This document shows, piece after piece, positions 17,098 through 26,827 of a stretch of 33,489 nt of DNA. Under the pieces are notes generated by a model, which saw only the letters and a program-made list of their open reading frames with translations, ran no database searches and was not told the origin of the DNA. Within the stretch, counting starts at the first letter, position 1. Every line of letters starts with the position of its first letter. The translations under genes and the position numbers were made by a program. The stretch spans positions 1 to 33,489 of the forward strand of contig DIPE01000093.1 of assembly GCA_002427015.1 (NCBI GenBank). The letters are read 5' to 3'. This DNA comes from Firmicutes bacterium UBA5496. Its GTDB lineage: Bacteria; Bacillota; Proteinivoracia; UBA4975.

Positions 17098-18462
17098 ATG
17101 TATATCCTGGATACAATTGCTGCTATTGCTACCCCCCCGGGTATGGGCGGGGTGGGCATCATCAGAATAAGCGGTGAGCAGGCCCTTGCCCTCGGGGCGA
17201 AGCTTTTTACGCCTAAGGGCAAGGCCGCCTTTTCCCCTGGCAGGATGTATTATGGCGATTTTACCGATCAAAAAGGGAAACATATTGATACTGGTTTATT
17301 TGTCTGGTTCAAGTCCCCCCGATCTTTTACCGGCGAAGATATAGTGGAGTTTCACTGTCATGGGGGCATAGTAGTGCTTCAGACCATGCTCCGGGCCTTG
17401 TTGGACCAGGGAATTCGCCATGCAGAGCCAGGTGAATTCAGCAAAAGGGCGTTTCTCAATGGGCGGATTGATTTGGCCCAGGCCGAATCAATCTCTGACC
17501 TGATAAGCGCCAGCTCTGACAAAGCTGCCGAAATCGCCCGCTCCCATTTCCGGGGAAGATTGTCGGCAGCCATTGAAGAGATCAGGGAGCAGGTTATCTC
17601 TGTTTTGGCATGGATTGAAGCCGAGATTGATTATCCCGAAGCTGAGCTGGATTCTTTTGGCCGGGACAAGGCGGCGGCAACGCTGGCACAACAAATTACA
17701 GTTTTAGAAGGCTTGCAGAGTACATATCAGGAGGGCAAAATCTATCGAGATGGTGTTGTTACTGTAATTTTAGGCAGCCCCAACGTTGGCAAATCTTCGC
17801 TCCTCAACATCCTGACCGGGGAGGAAAGGGCTATAGTCACTGACATTCCAGGCACAACTAGGGATGTGCTGGAAGTGCCTGTGACTATCAGGGGCATACC
17901 CCTGCGTCTAGCCGATACTGCCGGCATTCGCGAATCCGGTGACCTGATAGAGAAGATTGGCATTGAGCGGGCCCGGAAGCTGGCCGCACAGGCAGATTTA
18001 ATTCTCCTGATTTTGGATACCTCCCGTCCCTTATCCGAAGAAGATCAGCTGCTTTTAGAGAATGTAAGCCGGGATAATGTCATTGTCGTTCTCAATAAAA
18101 CGGACCTGCCCGCAGTTATTGATGTTGAGGAAATTTCCGCCAAGGGATTTCTGCACGTCAGGCAAATTTCTGCCCTTCAGGAACAGGGCATTGAGGCTTT
18201 GAAGGATGACATCGAAAATATGTTTATCAGCGGCAAATTTTCCCCCGATGCCACATTTATCAGCAATCAGCGTCATTATCAGGCTCTGGTGACGGCGGCA
18301 GGCCTTTTGCATCAGGTTGCCGCCAACTGGGATGCCCTGCCTTTGGATTTGCTGGCTTTGGACTTGCGCCAGGCCTGGCAGACATTGGGGGAAATCACCG
18401 GATCCGTCTGGACCGAGAATCTTTTGGACAGTATCTTTCAACGTTTTTGTTTGGGAAAGTAG
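17098..18462 (+). CDS. mnmE: tRNA modification GTPase MnmE (TrmE)
   Basis: It has G-domain motifs GSPNVGKSS, DTAG and NKTD, and the C-terminal FCLGK motif. Confidence 0.95.
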   Translation: MYILDTIAAIATPPGMGGVGIIRISGEQALALGAKLFTPKGKAAFSPGRMYYGDFTDQKGKHIDTGLFVWFKSPRSFTGEDIVEFHCHGGIVVLQTMLRALLDQGIRHAEPGEFSKRAFLNGRIDLAQAESISDLISASSDKAAEIARSHFRGRLSAAIEEIREQVISVLAWIEAEIDYPEAELDSFGRDKAAATLAQQITVLEGLQSTYQEGKIYRDGVVTVILGSPNVGKSSLLNILTGEERAIVTDIPGTTRDVLEVPVTIRGIPLRLADTAGIRESGDLIEKIGIERARKLAAQADLILLILDTSRPLSEEDQLLLENVSRDNVIVVLNKTDLPAVIDVEEISAKGFLHVRQISALQEQGIEALKDDIENMFISGKFSPDATFISNQRHYQALVTAAGLLHQVAANWDALPLDLLALDLRQAWQTLGEITGSVWTENLLDSIFQRFCLGK

Positions 18463-20349
18463 GTGCTTATTTTGGCCAGGGGACACAAATTTGATGTAAT
18501 CGTCATCGGCGCCGGCCACGCAGGCTGTGAAGCCGCCTTGGCGGCGGCCAAAATGAATTGTCATGTCTTGCTTCTGACTTTGAATTTGGATGCGGTCGCC
18601 CTCATGCCCTGCAACCCCTCCATTGGCGGTCCCGCCAAAGCCCACTTAGTCCGGGAAATCGATGCTCTGGGCGGGGAAATGGGGCGCAATATCAATGAAA
18701 CATTGATTCAGATCCGCATGCTCAACACCAATAAAGGTCCTGCAGTGCATTCCTTGCGCGCTCAGGCTGACAAAGTCGCCTATCAGCAGAGGATGAAGAA
18801 AGTGCTGGAGGAACAGCCCAACCTAACAGTGCGCCAGGCTGTAGTGGAATCTATCAACGCCGGCGCCCATGGCGTCACTGGTGTTACAACCCGCCTGGGC
18901 ACTGTCTTTTATGCCCCCAACGTAATTATCACTCCAGGAACCTATACGGCTTCCCGGATGATCATCGGGGAAAAGACCTGGCCAGGGGGTCCCAATGCCC
19001 AGGAAGGGCCTCCCCAACTTTCCCGTTCTTTGCGGGAGCTGGGCTTAGAACTGGTTCGCTTTAAAACCGGCACCCCTCCGCGGGTCAATGGCTGCACCTT
19101 GGATTTTAGCAAGATGAAACCTCAGCCCGGCGCTGATTCCCCCTTAAGTTTTTCTTTCTGGGGGGAGCCTGGCCCCCGGGAACAGGCAAAGTGCTGGCTC
19201 ACCTATACAACTGCTGAAACTCACCGGATAATTAAAGAAAATCTGCATAGGGCCCCTCTATTTACCGGGATTATTCAGGGGGTCGGGCCCCGCTACTGTC
19301 CTTCCATCGAAGATAAGATTGTGCGCTTTCCCGATAAAGAGCGCCATCAGCTGTTCATCGAGCCCGAAGGGGCTAAAACCAACGAATATTATGTCCAGGG
19401 GATCTCCTCCAGCTTGCCGGAAGATGTACAGGAGGCCTTTTTGCGCACTATCCCCGGCCTGGAGCAGGCAGAAATGCTCAGGCCAGGTTATGCAATTGAA
19501 TACGATGTAGTGGTGCCCACCCAGCTGAAACTGACTTTGGAAGCCAAGGAGATTCCGGGTTTATTTTGCGCAGGTCAGATTAATGGGACTTCAGGCTATG
19601 AAGAGGCGGCAGCCCAGGGATTGATTGCTGGAATCAATGGCGCCCGCCGGGTGCAGGGAAAGGGCGAAATTGTCCTCCAGCGGTCTCAAGCCTATATTGG
19701 CGTCCTTATCGACGATCTGACCATTAAAGGCACTAACGAACCCTATCGCATGCTGACTTCTCGGGCGGAATTCCGGCTGTTGCTGCGCCAGGACAATGCC
19801 GATCAGCGCCTGTCTCCCATTGGCCATCAAATTGGCCTGCTGGATGAGGAGCGGTTCAAAACCTTCCAAAACAAACAGGCTTTAATCCAGGAGGCCATGG
19901 CAGGGCTGGCCAAGATTAAAGTTGCCCCTAAGGACATCAATCCCCTCTTGCAGGCAAGAGGCAGCAGTCCTTTGACCCATGCTGCCCCTTTGACCGAGGT
20001 AATTTTGCGGCCAGAAATTGCCCTGGCAGATATTGTGCCTTTGGTTCCGGCTTTGTCCCCTCTCAATCAGGAAATGCTGCAGGTGGTGGAAACGGAGGTC
20101 AAGTACAGAGGCTACGTTGATAAGCAAAGGCAACAGGTGGAAAGGATGCGCCGCTTAGAGGCTACCCTGCTTCCCCTGGGCCTTGAGTACAATGAAATAT
20201 TGGGTCTTTCTGCCGAGGCCACGGAAAAACTCCGTAAATTCAAACCTCAGACTTTAGGGCAGGCCTCTAGAATCTCAGGAGTCTCGCCTGCAGATATCTC
20301 TGTGCTGTCAATCTATATAAAGCAAAAGGGTGGTCGCCATGCGCACTGA
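18463..20349 (+). CDS. mnmG: tRNA uridine 5-carboxymethylaminomethyl modification enzyme MnmG (GidA)
   Basis: It has the FAD motif [15 protein letters not shown] and is 628 aa. The true start may be the TTG at 18472, which has better SD spacing. Confidence 0.95.
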   Translation: MLILARGHKFDVIVIGAGHAGCEAALAAAKMNCHVLLLTLNLDAVALMPCNPSIGGPAKAHLVREIDALGGEMGRNINETLIQIRMLNTNKGPAVHSLRAQADKVAYQQRMKKVLEEQPNLTVRQAVVESINAGAHGVTGVTTRLGTVFYAPNVIITPGTYTASRMIIGEKTWPGGPNAQEGPPQLSRSLRELGLELVRFKTGTPPRVNGCTLDFSKMKPQPGADSPLSFSFWGEPGPREQAKCWLTYTTAETHRIIKENLHRAPLFTGIIQGVGPRYCPSIEDKIVRFPDKERHQLFIEPEGAKTNEYYVQGISSSLPEDVQEAFLRTIPGLEQAEMLRPGYAIEYDVVVPTQLKLTLEAKEIPGLFCAGQINGTSGYEEAAAQGLIAGINGARRVQGKGEIVLQRSQAYIGVLIDDLTIKGTNEPYRMLTSRAEFRLLLRQDNADQRLSPIGHQIGLLDEERFKTFQNKQALIQEAMAGLAKIKVAPKDINPLLQARGSSPLTHAAPLTEVILRPEIALADIVPLVPALSPLNQEMLQVVETEVKYRGYVDKQRQQVERMRRLEATLLPLGLEYNEILGLSAEATEKLRKFKPQTLGQASRISGVSPADISVLSIYIKQKGGRHAH

Positions 20350-21037
20350 ATTGGAGCAGATATTGGCAGATAACGGGTTCTCTTGTTCCGGCCTCAGCCT
20401 GGACAAACTCTGCCAGTACTATCAGCTGCTTGCAGAATGGAATCAAAAAATGAATCTTACCGCCCTCATCGAGCCCAGGGACTTTATCTATAAGCATATC
20501 TGTGATTCTCTGTTCCCGGCAAAATTATTTTCTCTCTCTGCTTCCTCTTTACTTGATATAGGAACGGGGGCAGGCTTTCCTGGCTTGCCCTTAAAAATTG
20601 TTTTTCCGGATATTAAACTTACTTTGCTGGAGGCGTCAGCAAAAAAGGTTGCTTTTTTGCGCCATTGTTGTCAAGAGTTGGCTGTGGAGGCAGATGTTCT
20701 ATGGGAGCGGGCGGAAAATTTAGGTCAGGGGCATAAGCGGCAATCGTTCCCTCTGGCAGTCACTAGGGCGGTAGCCAGCCTTTCAGTTGTCTGTGAATAT
20801 TGTTTGCCCCTCCTGGCCTTGGGCGGATGCTGTTTGGCTATGAAAGGCCCTGGTGGCGCCGAAGAGGCCGAGGCTGCGGGAAACGCTCTCAGACTCCTGG
20901 GAGGGCGAGTGCGTCAGGTTCACTTTTATCGCCTGCCCCCTGGAGACCAACGCAGCCTGATAGTAATTGAAAAAATCGCTGCAACCCCGCCAGCATATCC
21001 CCGCAGACCAGGGATTCCTGCTAAGAAGCCCTTGTAA
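20339..21037 (+). CDS. rsmG: 16S rRNA (guanine527-N7)-methyltransferase RsmG (GidB)
   Basis: It has the SAM motif [15 protein letters not shown]. The ATG at 20339 follows an AAGGGTGG SD and overlaps the mnmG end. Confidence 0.9.
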   Translation: MRTELEQILADNGFSCSGLSLDKLCQYYQLLAEWNQKMNLTALIEPRDFIYKHICDSLFPAKLFSLSASSLLDIGTGAGFPGLPLKIVFPDIKLTLLEASAKKVAFLRHCCQELAVEADVLWERAENLGQGHKRQSFPLAVTRAVASLSVVCEYCLPLLALGGCCLAMKGPGGAEEAEAAGNALRLLGGRVRQVHFYRLPPGDQRSLIVIEKIAATPPAYPRRPGIPAKKPL

Positions 21038-21114
21038 TTTTGGCTCTCTGCAGGAGTTGTCCATTAAAATAGCGAATACTCCAGTAACCTTGTTTATATG
21101 GGAGGGTGATTATT

Positions 21115-21939
21115 ATGCGAGAAAGTTTTAATAAACTTTTCCTGGGGACAGAAGGCTCTAATTTGGAGGAAACCAGGGAATTGAGTTGTGCTGATATCAG
21201 CCCTAATCCGTTTCAGCCCAGGCAACGCTTTGATGAAGACAATCTTGACGAGCTGGCACAATCTATCCGCACATACGGACTGCTGCAGCCTGTCCTTGTC
21301 AGGCCACATGAAAAGGGGTTTCAGCTGGTGGCCGGAGAAAGGCGGCTTCGTGCCTGCAAACTGTTGGGATGGACAAGAATTCCTGCCGTCATTCGGGATG
21401 TTAATGATTCTGCCATGGCTGCCATTGCCTTGATTGAAAACCTGCAACGGGAGGACCTGGACTTTTTTGAAGAGGCCAAAGGGTATCAGCGCTTATTAGA
21501 TGAGTTTGGTCTTACCCAAGAGGTCTTGGCCCAAAGAATTGGCAAGAGCCAGTCTACAATTGCCAACAAGATGCGCTTGTTGAAGCTTGCTGACGCGGTT
21601 CAGTCCACGCTTCTGCAGGCAGGGCTTTCCGAACGGCACGCCCGCGCTCTATTAAAGCTTCCCGACAGCAAGAGCCAGGAAAAAGTGCTGGAAAAGATTA
21701 TCCGCCTTAACTTAAACGTGCGCCAGACTGAAGACCTGATCGAGGATTTGTTGGCTGATAACAAGAAGGATGGCGAGAAACCCTCGGGATCGCAGAAATT
21801 TGTCATTCGCGACTATCGAATTGTCCTCAATACCATTCGCCAGGCTGTCGCCACCATGGAGCATATTGGCCTAAAACCCCAAATCAGTCATAATGAACAT
21901 AAGGATTTCTATGAGATAACCATAAGAGTTCCGAAATAA
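21115..21939 (+). CDS. noc: Nucleoid occlusion protein Noc (ParB paralogue)
   Basis: Features: an N-terminus MRESFNKLFLG like B. subtilis Noc MKHSFSRFFGLG, a ParB box GERRLRA, and the HTH GKSQSTIANKMRLLKL. The C-terminus NTIRQ...YEITIRVPK matches Noc's ...LTIRIPK. GGAGGG lies 8 nt upstream of the ATG. Confidence 0.85.
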   Translation: MRESFNKLFLGTEGSNLEETRELSCADISPNPFQPRQRFDEDNLDELAQSIRTYGLLQPVLVRPHEKGFQLVAGERRLRACKLLGWTRIPAVIRDVNDSAMAAIALIENLQREDLDFFEEAKGYQRLLDEFGLTQEVLAQRIGKSQSTIANKMRLLKLADAVQSTLLQAGLSERHARALLKLPDSKSQEKVLEKIIRLNLNVRQTEDLIEDLLADNKKDGEKPSGSQKFVIRDYRIVLNTIRQAVATMEHIGLKPQISHNEHKDFYEITIRVPK

Positions 21940-21969
21940 CTGGGTTACGCTTCTAAGGAGAGTGAGAAG

Positions 21970-22731
21970 ATGGGTAAAGTTATCGCCATTGCCAATCAGA
22001 AGGGCGGAGTTGGCAAGACCACAACTGCTATTAACCTGGGCGCAGGGCTGGCCAGCAAAGGCAAGAGGGTGCTGCTTGTGGATATTGATCCTCAGGGCAA
22101 CACTACCAGCGGCGTTGGTGTCAGGAAGCCGTCGGTCAAGCGGTGTATGTATGATGTTCTCGTCTCGGGCATCCCCCTGGAGACTGTAATTTTGCCTACA
22201 GAAGTGGACAACCTTTGGATTGCCCCCGCTTCCATTCAGCTTGCCGGTGCAGAAATCGAGCTGGTTCCCTCCATGTCCAGAGAAGAAAAGCTGCGGCAGC
22301 ACATGCAAACTATTCGCAATCAGTATGACTACGTTTTAATAGATTGTCCTCCCTCCTTGGGGCTGCTTACGGTTAACGCCCTTACCGCCGCAGATTCAAT
22401 TCTTGTCCCCATACAATGCGAGTACTATGCCCTGGAGGGCTTGAGTCAGCTGGTTAATACCATCAAGCTGGTGCAGCGCCACCTCAATAAATCTCTGCAA
22501 TTAGAAGGAGCGCTGCTGACGATGTACGATCCCCGGACCAATCTGGCCGCTCAGGTAGTATCCGAGGTTCGCGCTTATTTTGGCAATCAGGTTTATGAGA
22601 CCATCATCCCCCGCAATGTCAGGCTCAGCGAGGCCCCCAGCCATGGGCAGACCATTTTGGATTATGATCCCCGTTCCAAAGGCGCAGAAACTTACATGCA
22701 GCTGACCGAGGAGGTCCTGAAAAATGAGTAA
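21970..22731 (+). CDS. soj: ParA-family chromosome partitioning ATPase Soj
   Basis: It has the deviant Walker A IANQKGGVGKTT and is 253 aa. It lies directly upstream of parB. Confidence 0.95.
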   Translation: MGKVIAIANQKGGVGKTTTAINLGAGLASKGKRVLLVDIDPQGNTTSGVGVRKPSVKRCMYDVLVSGIPLETVILPTEVDNLWIAPASIQLAGAEIELVPSMSREEKLRQHMQTIRNQYDYVLIDCPPSLGLLTVNALTAADSILVPIQCEYYALEGLSQLVNTIKLVQRHLNKSLQLEGALLTMYDPRTNLAAQVVSEVRAYFGNQVYETIIPRNVRLSEAPSHGQTILDYDPRSKGAETYMQLTEEVLKNE

Positions 22732-23539
22732 ACGGGCATTAGGGCGTGGTCTCGGGGCCCTAATCCCCGGCGCCGCAGAAGAAGTCCCTCCATCTGAAGT
22801 GTCTCTGGACAGCATTATTCCCAATCCCCATCAGCCAAGAAGGACTTTTGATCAAGAAGCTTTGGAGGAGCTGGCCCAATCCATTGCACAGCACGGATTG
22901 TTGCAGCCCATTGTCGTGCGTCCCCATTTAGGCCGTTACCAGCTGGTGGCGGGGGAGCGGCGCTTTCGGGCGGCGAAGCTTGCGGGGAAGATCGCCATTC
23001 CTGCGGTAATTATGGACTTGACGGATCGCCAGTTGGCTGAGATTGCCCTGGTGGAAAATCTGCAGCGAGAGGACTTAAATCCCTTGGAAGAAGCCAATGC
23101 ATATTCCCAGCTGCTCAAAGAGTTCAATTTGACTCAGGAAGCTTTGGCTACCCGCATTGGCAAGAGCCGTTCCGCTATCGCCAACACTTTGCGTTTGCTC
23201 AACCTGGCGCCCCCCGTGCAGGCCATGGTCGCTGAAGGCCGCATTTCTCCCGGGCATGCCCGCACCTTGCTATCCCTGGGGGCGGAGGACCAGCTGAAGG
23301 CTGCAGAGAAAATTGTAAATAAAGGCCTGACTGTGCGCGCTGCCGAAAAAAGCAGACAGGCTCATAGGAAAACTGCAAAAGAATCCCGGGACCCCAACAT
23401 CGTCCATGTGCAGCAAAAGCTTATGGAGCATTTGGGCACCCGGGTTACTCTTGAAGAAAAGGGCGGCAAAGGCCGTATTATTATTGAATTTTATTCACCT
23501 CAGGATGCCAATCGCATCGTCAATACAATCATGCAATAA
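22724..23539 (+). CDS. spo0J: Chromosome partitioning protein ParB/Spo0J
   Basis: It has NPHQPRR, the GERRFRAA arginine patch (CTPase) and the HTH GKSRSAIANTLRLLNL. It overlaps the soj end. Confidence 0.95.
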   Translation: MSKRALGRGLGALIPGAAEEVPPSEVSLDSIIPNPHQPRRTFDQEALEELAQSIAQHGLLQPIVVRPHLGRYQLVAGERRFRAAKLAGKIAIPAVIMDLTDRQLAEIALVENLQREDLNPLEEANAYSQLLKEFNLTQEALATRIGKSRSAIANTLRLLNLAPPVQAMVAEGRISPGHARTLLSLGAEDQLKAAEKIVNKGLTVRAAEKSRQAHRKTAKESRDPNIVHVQQKLMEHLGTRVTLEEKGGKGRIIIEFYSPQDANRIVNTIMQ

Positions 23540-23546
23540 ACATCAT

Positions 23547-23562
23547 TGTTTCACGTGAAACA
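23547..23562. promoter_or_regulatory. parS centromere site
   Basis: TGTTTCACGTGAAACA is a perfect 16-bp palindrome matching the Firmicute parS consensus. It lies 8 nt after the parB stop. Confidence 0.9.
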
Positions 23563-23582
23563 ATCTGGGGGTTCGATGGAAT

Positions 23583-24719
23583 ATGGTATATCTCGATAAC
23601 GCCGCTACCAGCTGGCCAAAACCAGAATCAGTATACAAGGCTACAGACCTTGCCCTGCGAAGGGCAGCCAACCCAGGACGGGGCGGACACCGGTTTTCCC
23701 GGGAAACTGCCGCCCGAGTCCTGGAGGCAAGAGAGGTTGTAGCCAAATTTTTTGGCGTCAGGGATTCTCGCAACATCATTTTTACGGCGGGGGCTACCGA
23801 CAGCTTGAACATGGTGATCTATGGCCTCTTGCCAACAGTCAAATCAATTGTAAGCACGGGATATGAACACAATGCTTTATGGCGGCCTCTTTGTGATATT
23901 GCTAAGAGATTCGGGATTAAGGTGGAATATATCAGCCCCCTGAAAGAGCAGGGCTTCGCTTGGGCTGAGTACGAACGGGCGCTGGCAATGAAGCCGGATT
24001 TGGTCACCATCACCCATGCTTCTAATGTTACTGGCCAAGTGTATCCCTTGGCTGCGATGGCTAAAATGGCTAAAGCGGCGGGGGCATATGTGTGCGCAGA
24101 CTTAGCGCAAACGGCAGGGGTTATTGCCCTGGATTTTCAGGAGCTCAACCTAGATTTTGCGGCTTTCCCTGGACATAAAGGCTTGCTTGGTCCCCAGGGC
24201 ATTGGCGGACTGTACATTGCCCCCCAGGCAGACCTCTTGCCTTTGCGTCTGGGGGGGACCGGCAGCCACTCTGCAGTGGCGGAAGCGCCAAAACAAAGGC
24301 CAGAGCGCTTTGAAGCAGGAACGCTAAATGTATCAGGCATTGCAGGCCTGGCTGCTGGCATCGAGCACCTGAATGTCACGGGGATCGAGGCTGTCAGCCA
24401 GCATGAACTCAGCCTGCGCCAACGGGCGATAACAGGATTGCGCCAGCTGGGAGCAGATATCTACGGCGGGCAAGGTGAAAGTGTGGGAGTATTGTCCTTT
24501 AATTTGCCGGATATGGATTCCAGTGAATTGGCCTACCTTCTAGATGAGGAATTTGGCATTTGTGTGCGGGGGGGATTGCATTGTTCTCCTCGTACTCATC
24601 AAAGTTTAGGCACCCTTGGTCCTGGTATGGTGCGGATGAGCCCGGGAATCTTTAATGCCAATGAGGATATTGACGCTCTGCTCAGCGCCCTCGAGCAGTT
24701 GAAGCAGAGGGCGAGGTAA
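23583..24719 (+). CDS. Class-V aminotransferase-fold PLP enzyme (cysteine desulfurase/selenocysteine lyase family)
   Basis: It shows YLDNAATSWP, the PLP-Lys region FPGHKGLLGPQG and the catalytic-Cys loop RGGLHCSP. Confidence 0.8.
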   Translation: MVYLDNAATSWPKPESVYKATDLALRRAANPGRGGHRFSRETAARVLEAREVVAKFFGVRDSRNIIFTAGATDSLNMVIYGLLPTVKSIVSTGYEHNALWRPLCDIAKRFGIKVEYISPLKEQGFAWAEYERALAMKPDLVTITHASNVTGQVYPLAAMAKMAKAAGAYVCADLAQTAGVIALDFQELNLDFAAFPGHKGLLGPQGIGGLYIAPQADLLPLRLGGTGSHSAVAEAPKQRPERFEAGTLNVSGIAGLAAGIEHLNVTGIEAVSQHELSLRQRAITGLRQLGADIYGGQGESVGVLSFNLPDMDSSELAYLLDEEFGICVRGGLHCSPRTHQSLGTLGPGMVRMSPGIFNANEDIDALLSALEQLKQRAR

Positions 24720-24723
24720 TACA

Positions 24724-25401
24724 ATGGCGGCAACTCTTATCAATGCAGGGGCAATCATTGCCGGTTCGCTCATAGGTTGGAAGGCAGGCAGACTGCTGTC
24801 GGACAAAGCCTCGCAAACTCTGATTACAGTCCTTGCCTTAGTGGTGTTTTCTTTGGGAGTAGAGATGATGTTGCAGTGGGGTGACTTTGTCCTCCAAGTC
24901 ATCGTCAGCCTGGTAATCGGAGGCTTGGCAGGGGAACTCATGGATATCGAGAGCTTTTTGGCGAAAATGGGAGCCGGGCTGCAAAAAATAGCAGGCGCCC
25001 GCCTCCAGGGAGATGTGGCAAAAGGTTTTGTATATGGCACTTTGGTCTATTGCATCGGACCTATGGCGATTATTGGCGCCATGGAAAGCGGACTCAACTG
25101 CAATCACGAGATTCTCCTGGCCAAGGCTGCCATCGATGGGCTGACGGCAATCGCATTTGCATCCACCCTGGGGCTGGGTGTCATGTTTTCCGGAGGGTCT
25201 GTTTTGTTGTACCAGGGTTTGCTTACTCTGGGAGCCAGATATTTAGCAGATGTATTAACCATTGCAGGCCCTCAGCTGACAGCTACCGGCGGCATCCTCT
25301 TAATGGCCTTAGGCATCAAGATGCTGGATATAAAACAAGTGCGGGTTGCCAATCTGCTGCCGGCGCTGCCGGTGACGGCGCTACTGGCCTGGATTTTTTA
25401 G
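24724..25401 (+). CDS. DUF554 family membrane protein (YdfK/YqgA-like)
   Basis: The N-terminus TLINAGAIIAGSLIGWKAGRLLS and a polytopic Gly-rich profile are typical of DUF554. Confidence 0.75.
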   Translation: MAATLINAGAIIAGSLIGWKAGRLLSDKASQTLITVLALVVFSLGVEMMLQWGDFVLQVIVSLVIGGLAGELMDIESFLAKMGAGLQKIAGARLQGDVAKGFVYGTLVYCIGPMAIIGAMESGLNCNHEILLAKAAIDGLTAIAFASTLGLGVMFSGGSVLLYQGLLTLGARYLADVLTIAGPQLTATGGILLMALGIKMLDIKQVRVANLLPALPVTALLAWIF

Positions 25402-25411
25402 GAGGGATATT

Positions 25412-26476
25412 GTGGAGACACCCTATGTGCTCATAGATATGGATAAATTGCAGGAAAATATTAACGCCATGGCTGCATTTGCCGCCAGCAATGGCGTTAA
25501 ACTGCGTCCCCACGTCAAGGCCCACAAGTTGCCGGAGATTGCCCGGATGCAAATAAAGGCCGGCGCTAGGGGCATTACTGTAGCCAAACTCAGTGAGGCG
25601 GAAGTAATGTTTGCCGCCGGCATCAATGATATCCTGGTGGCTTACCCCTTGATCGGGGAGAGCAAGCTGGAAAGAGCGGCTGAACTAATGCAGAGAGGAT
25701 GCAAGCTTAGCCTGCTGGTGGATTCACAAGCGGGGGCCCAGGGGATTTCTGATTTGGCTATACCTGGGGGAACAGATGTTCTGGTCAAGGTAGACAGCGG
25801 CCTTGGTCGCTGTGGCTTGGCGCCTGGGCCTGACTTAGAGGAGTTTGTGCCCTGGCTTTGCCGCCTCCCATATATAAATTTTCGAGGGCTGTTGACCCAT
25901 GCAGGCCATGTCTATGGGTGCCGCAGCGCCGCAGAGGTGGCTCAGGTGGGCACACAAGAAGGAGAGCTGATGGTTGCAGCTGCTGAGTCCTTGCGCCGCC
26001 AAGGGATACAAGTGCCTGAGGTCAGTATTGGGGCAACGCCCACAGTTGCCTGGGGAGGCAGAGTGCCGGGGGTGACGGAAATCAGGCCGGGGAACTATGT
26101 ATTTAATGACGCCACTCAGGTAGCCTTGGGAGTTGTGGGTTCTGAACGCTGCAGTCTCAGGGTTATGGCTACCGTAGTCAGCCGTCCGGCGGAAAACAGG
26201 GCAATAATCGATGCCGGCGCCAAAATCTTGGCCTTGGATCAGGGCGCCCATGGAAGCGGGACAGTGACGGGATATGGCCTGATGGAAAATCCCTGCTGGC
26301 GGTTGGCCAGATTGTCGGAAGAGCATGGCATTATCGAGGGCACTGATTTGCCGGGGATAGGAGAAACAGTCTGGATAATACCAAATCACGCCTGCCCGGT
26401 TATGAACCTGGCGGAAACAGTCTGGACGAGTAATGGCCGAGAATGGAAGGTGGCCGCCCGGGGCCGGGTTTGGTGA
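25412..26476 (+). CDS. Alanine-racemase-fold PLP enzyme, D-TA / D-serine dehydratase-like family
   Basis: Features: the N-terminal barrel segment LRPHVKAHK (PLP Lys) and a C-terminal IPNHACPVMNL motif. The start is GTG. Confidence 0.75.
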   Translation: METPYVLIDMDKLQENINAMAAFAASNGVKLRPHVKAHKLPEIARMQIKAGARGITVAKLSEAEVMFAAGINDILVAYPLIGESKLERAAELMQRGCKLSLLVDSQAGAQGISDLAIPGGTDVLVKVDSGLGRCGLAPGPDLEEFVPWLCRLPYINFRGLLTHAGHVYGCRSAAEVAQVGTQEGELMVAAAESLRRQGIQVPEVSIGATPTVAWGGRVPGVTEIRPGNYVFNDATQVALGVVGSERCSLRVMATVVSRPAENRAIIDAGAKILALDQGAHGSGTVTGYGLMENPCWRLARLSEEHGIIEGTDLPGIGETVWIIPNHACPVMNLAETVWTSNGREWKVAARGRVW

Positions 26477-26515
26477 ATAGATGGTTTTTTCTGGGGGCAA
26501 GCTAGTCCTGGGAGG

Positions 26516-26740
26516 TTGGCCATGACTGACAAAAGAAAATTGCGTTCCAGCTTTCCGCTGGTTCGCAACGCGTTTGGAATGGACATCAACAAGCAGGAAT
26601 ACTACCTGGTTACAGGCCTGTCCGATACCGAGCAAGTGTCCCCAATTTCCTGCATCACTCAAGGCGAATGGGCAAATAACTGGGTCCCTGACTTGGCTTT
26701 CCTCAAAGAAGAGACAAGGGAAGAAAAATTGTTCACCTGA
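26516..26740 (+). CDS. Hypothetical 74-aa protein (no family recognised)
   Basis: GGGAGG lies 6 nt upstream of the ATG, and the stop codon lies in the loop of the terminator at 26731-26757. I have no homology evidence. Confidence 0.45.
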   Translation: MAMTDKRKLRSSFPLVRNAFGMDINKQEYYLVTGLSDTEQVSPISCITQGEWANNWVPDLAFLKEETREEKLFT

Positions 26741-26757
26741 AAAGGTGAACTTTTGTT
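26731..26757 (+). terminator. Rho-independent terminator
   Basis: GTTCACC-tgaaaa-GGTGAAC followed by TTTTGTTATTT. Confidence 0.75.
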
Positions 26758-26827
26758 ATTTGAGGAAGGAGAATTCAGTTGAATGGCGAATAGGAAGTAA
26801 TTAAGGAGTAATCAGGGGGAATACATA

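Noticed and set aside
25835-26662. A 275-aa minus-strand ORF, the longest unexplained ORF in the track.
   Set aside because: It lies almost entirely antisense to the well-supported D-TA family PLP enzyme gene. Its translation is Pro/Gly/Ser/Arg/His-rich low complexity with no recognisable motif and no SD. This is a typical shadow ORF of a GC-rich codon frame.
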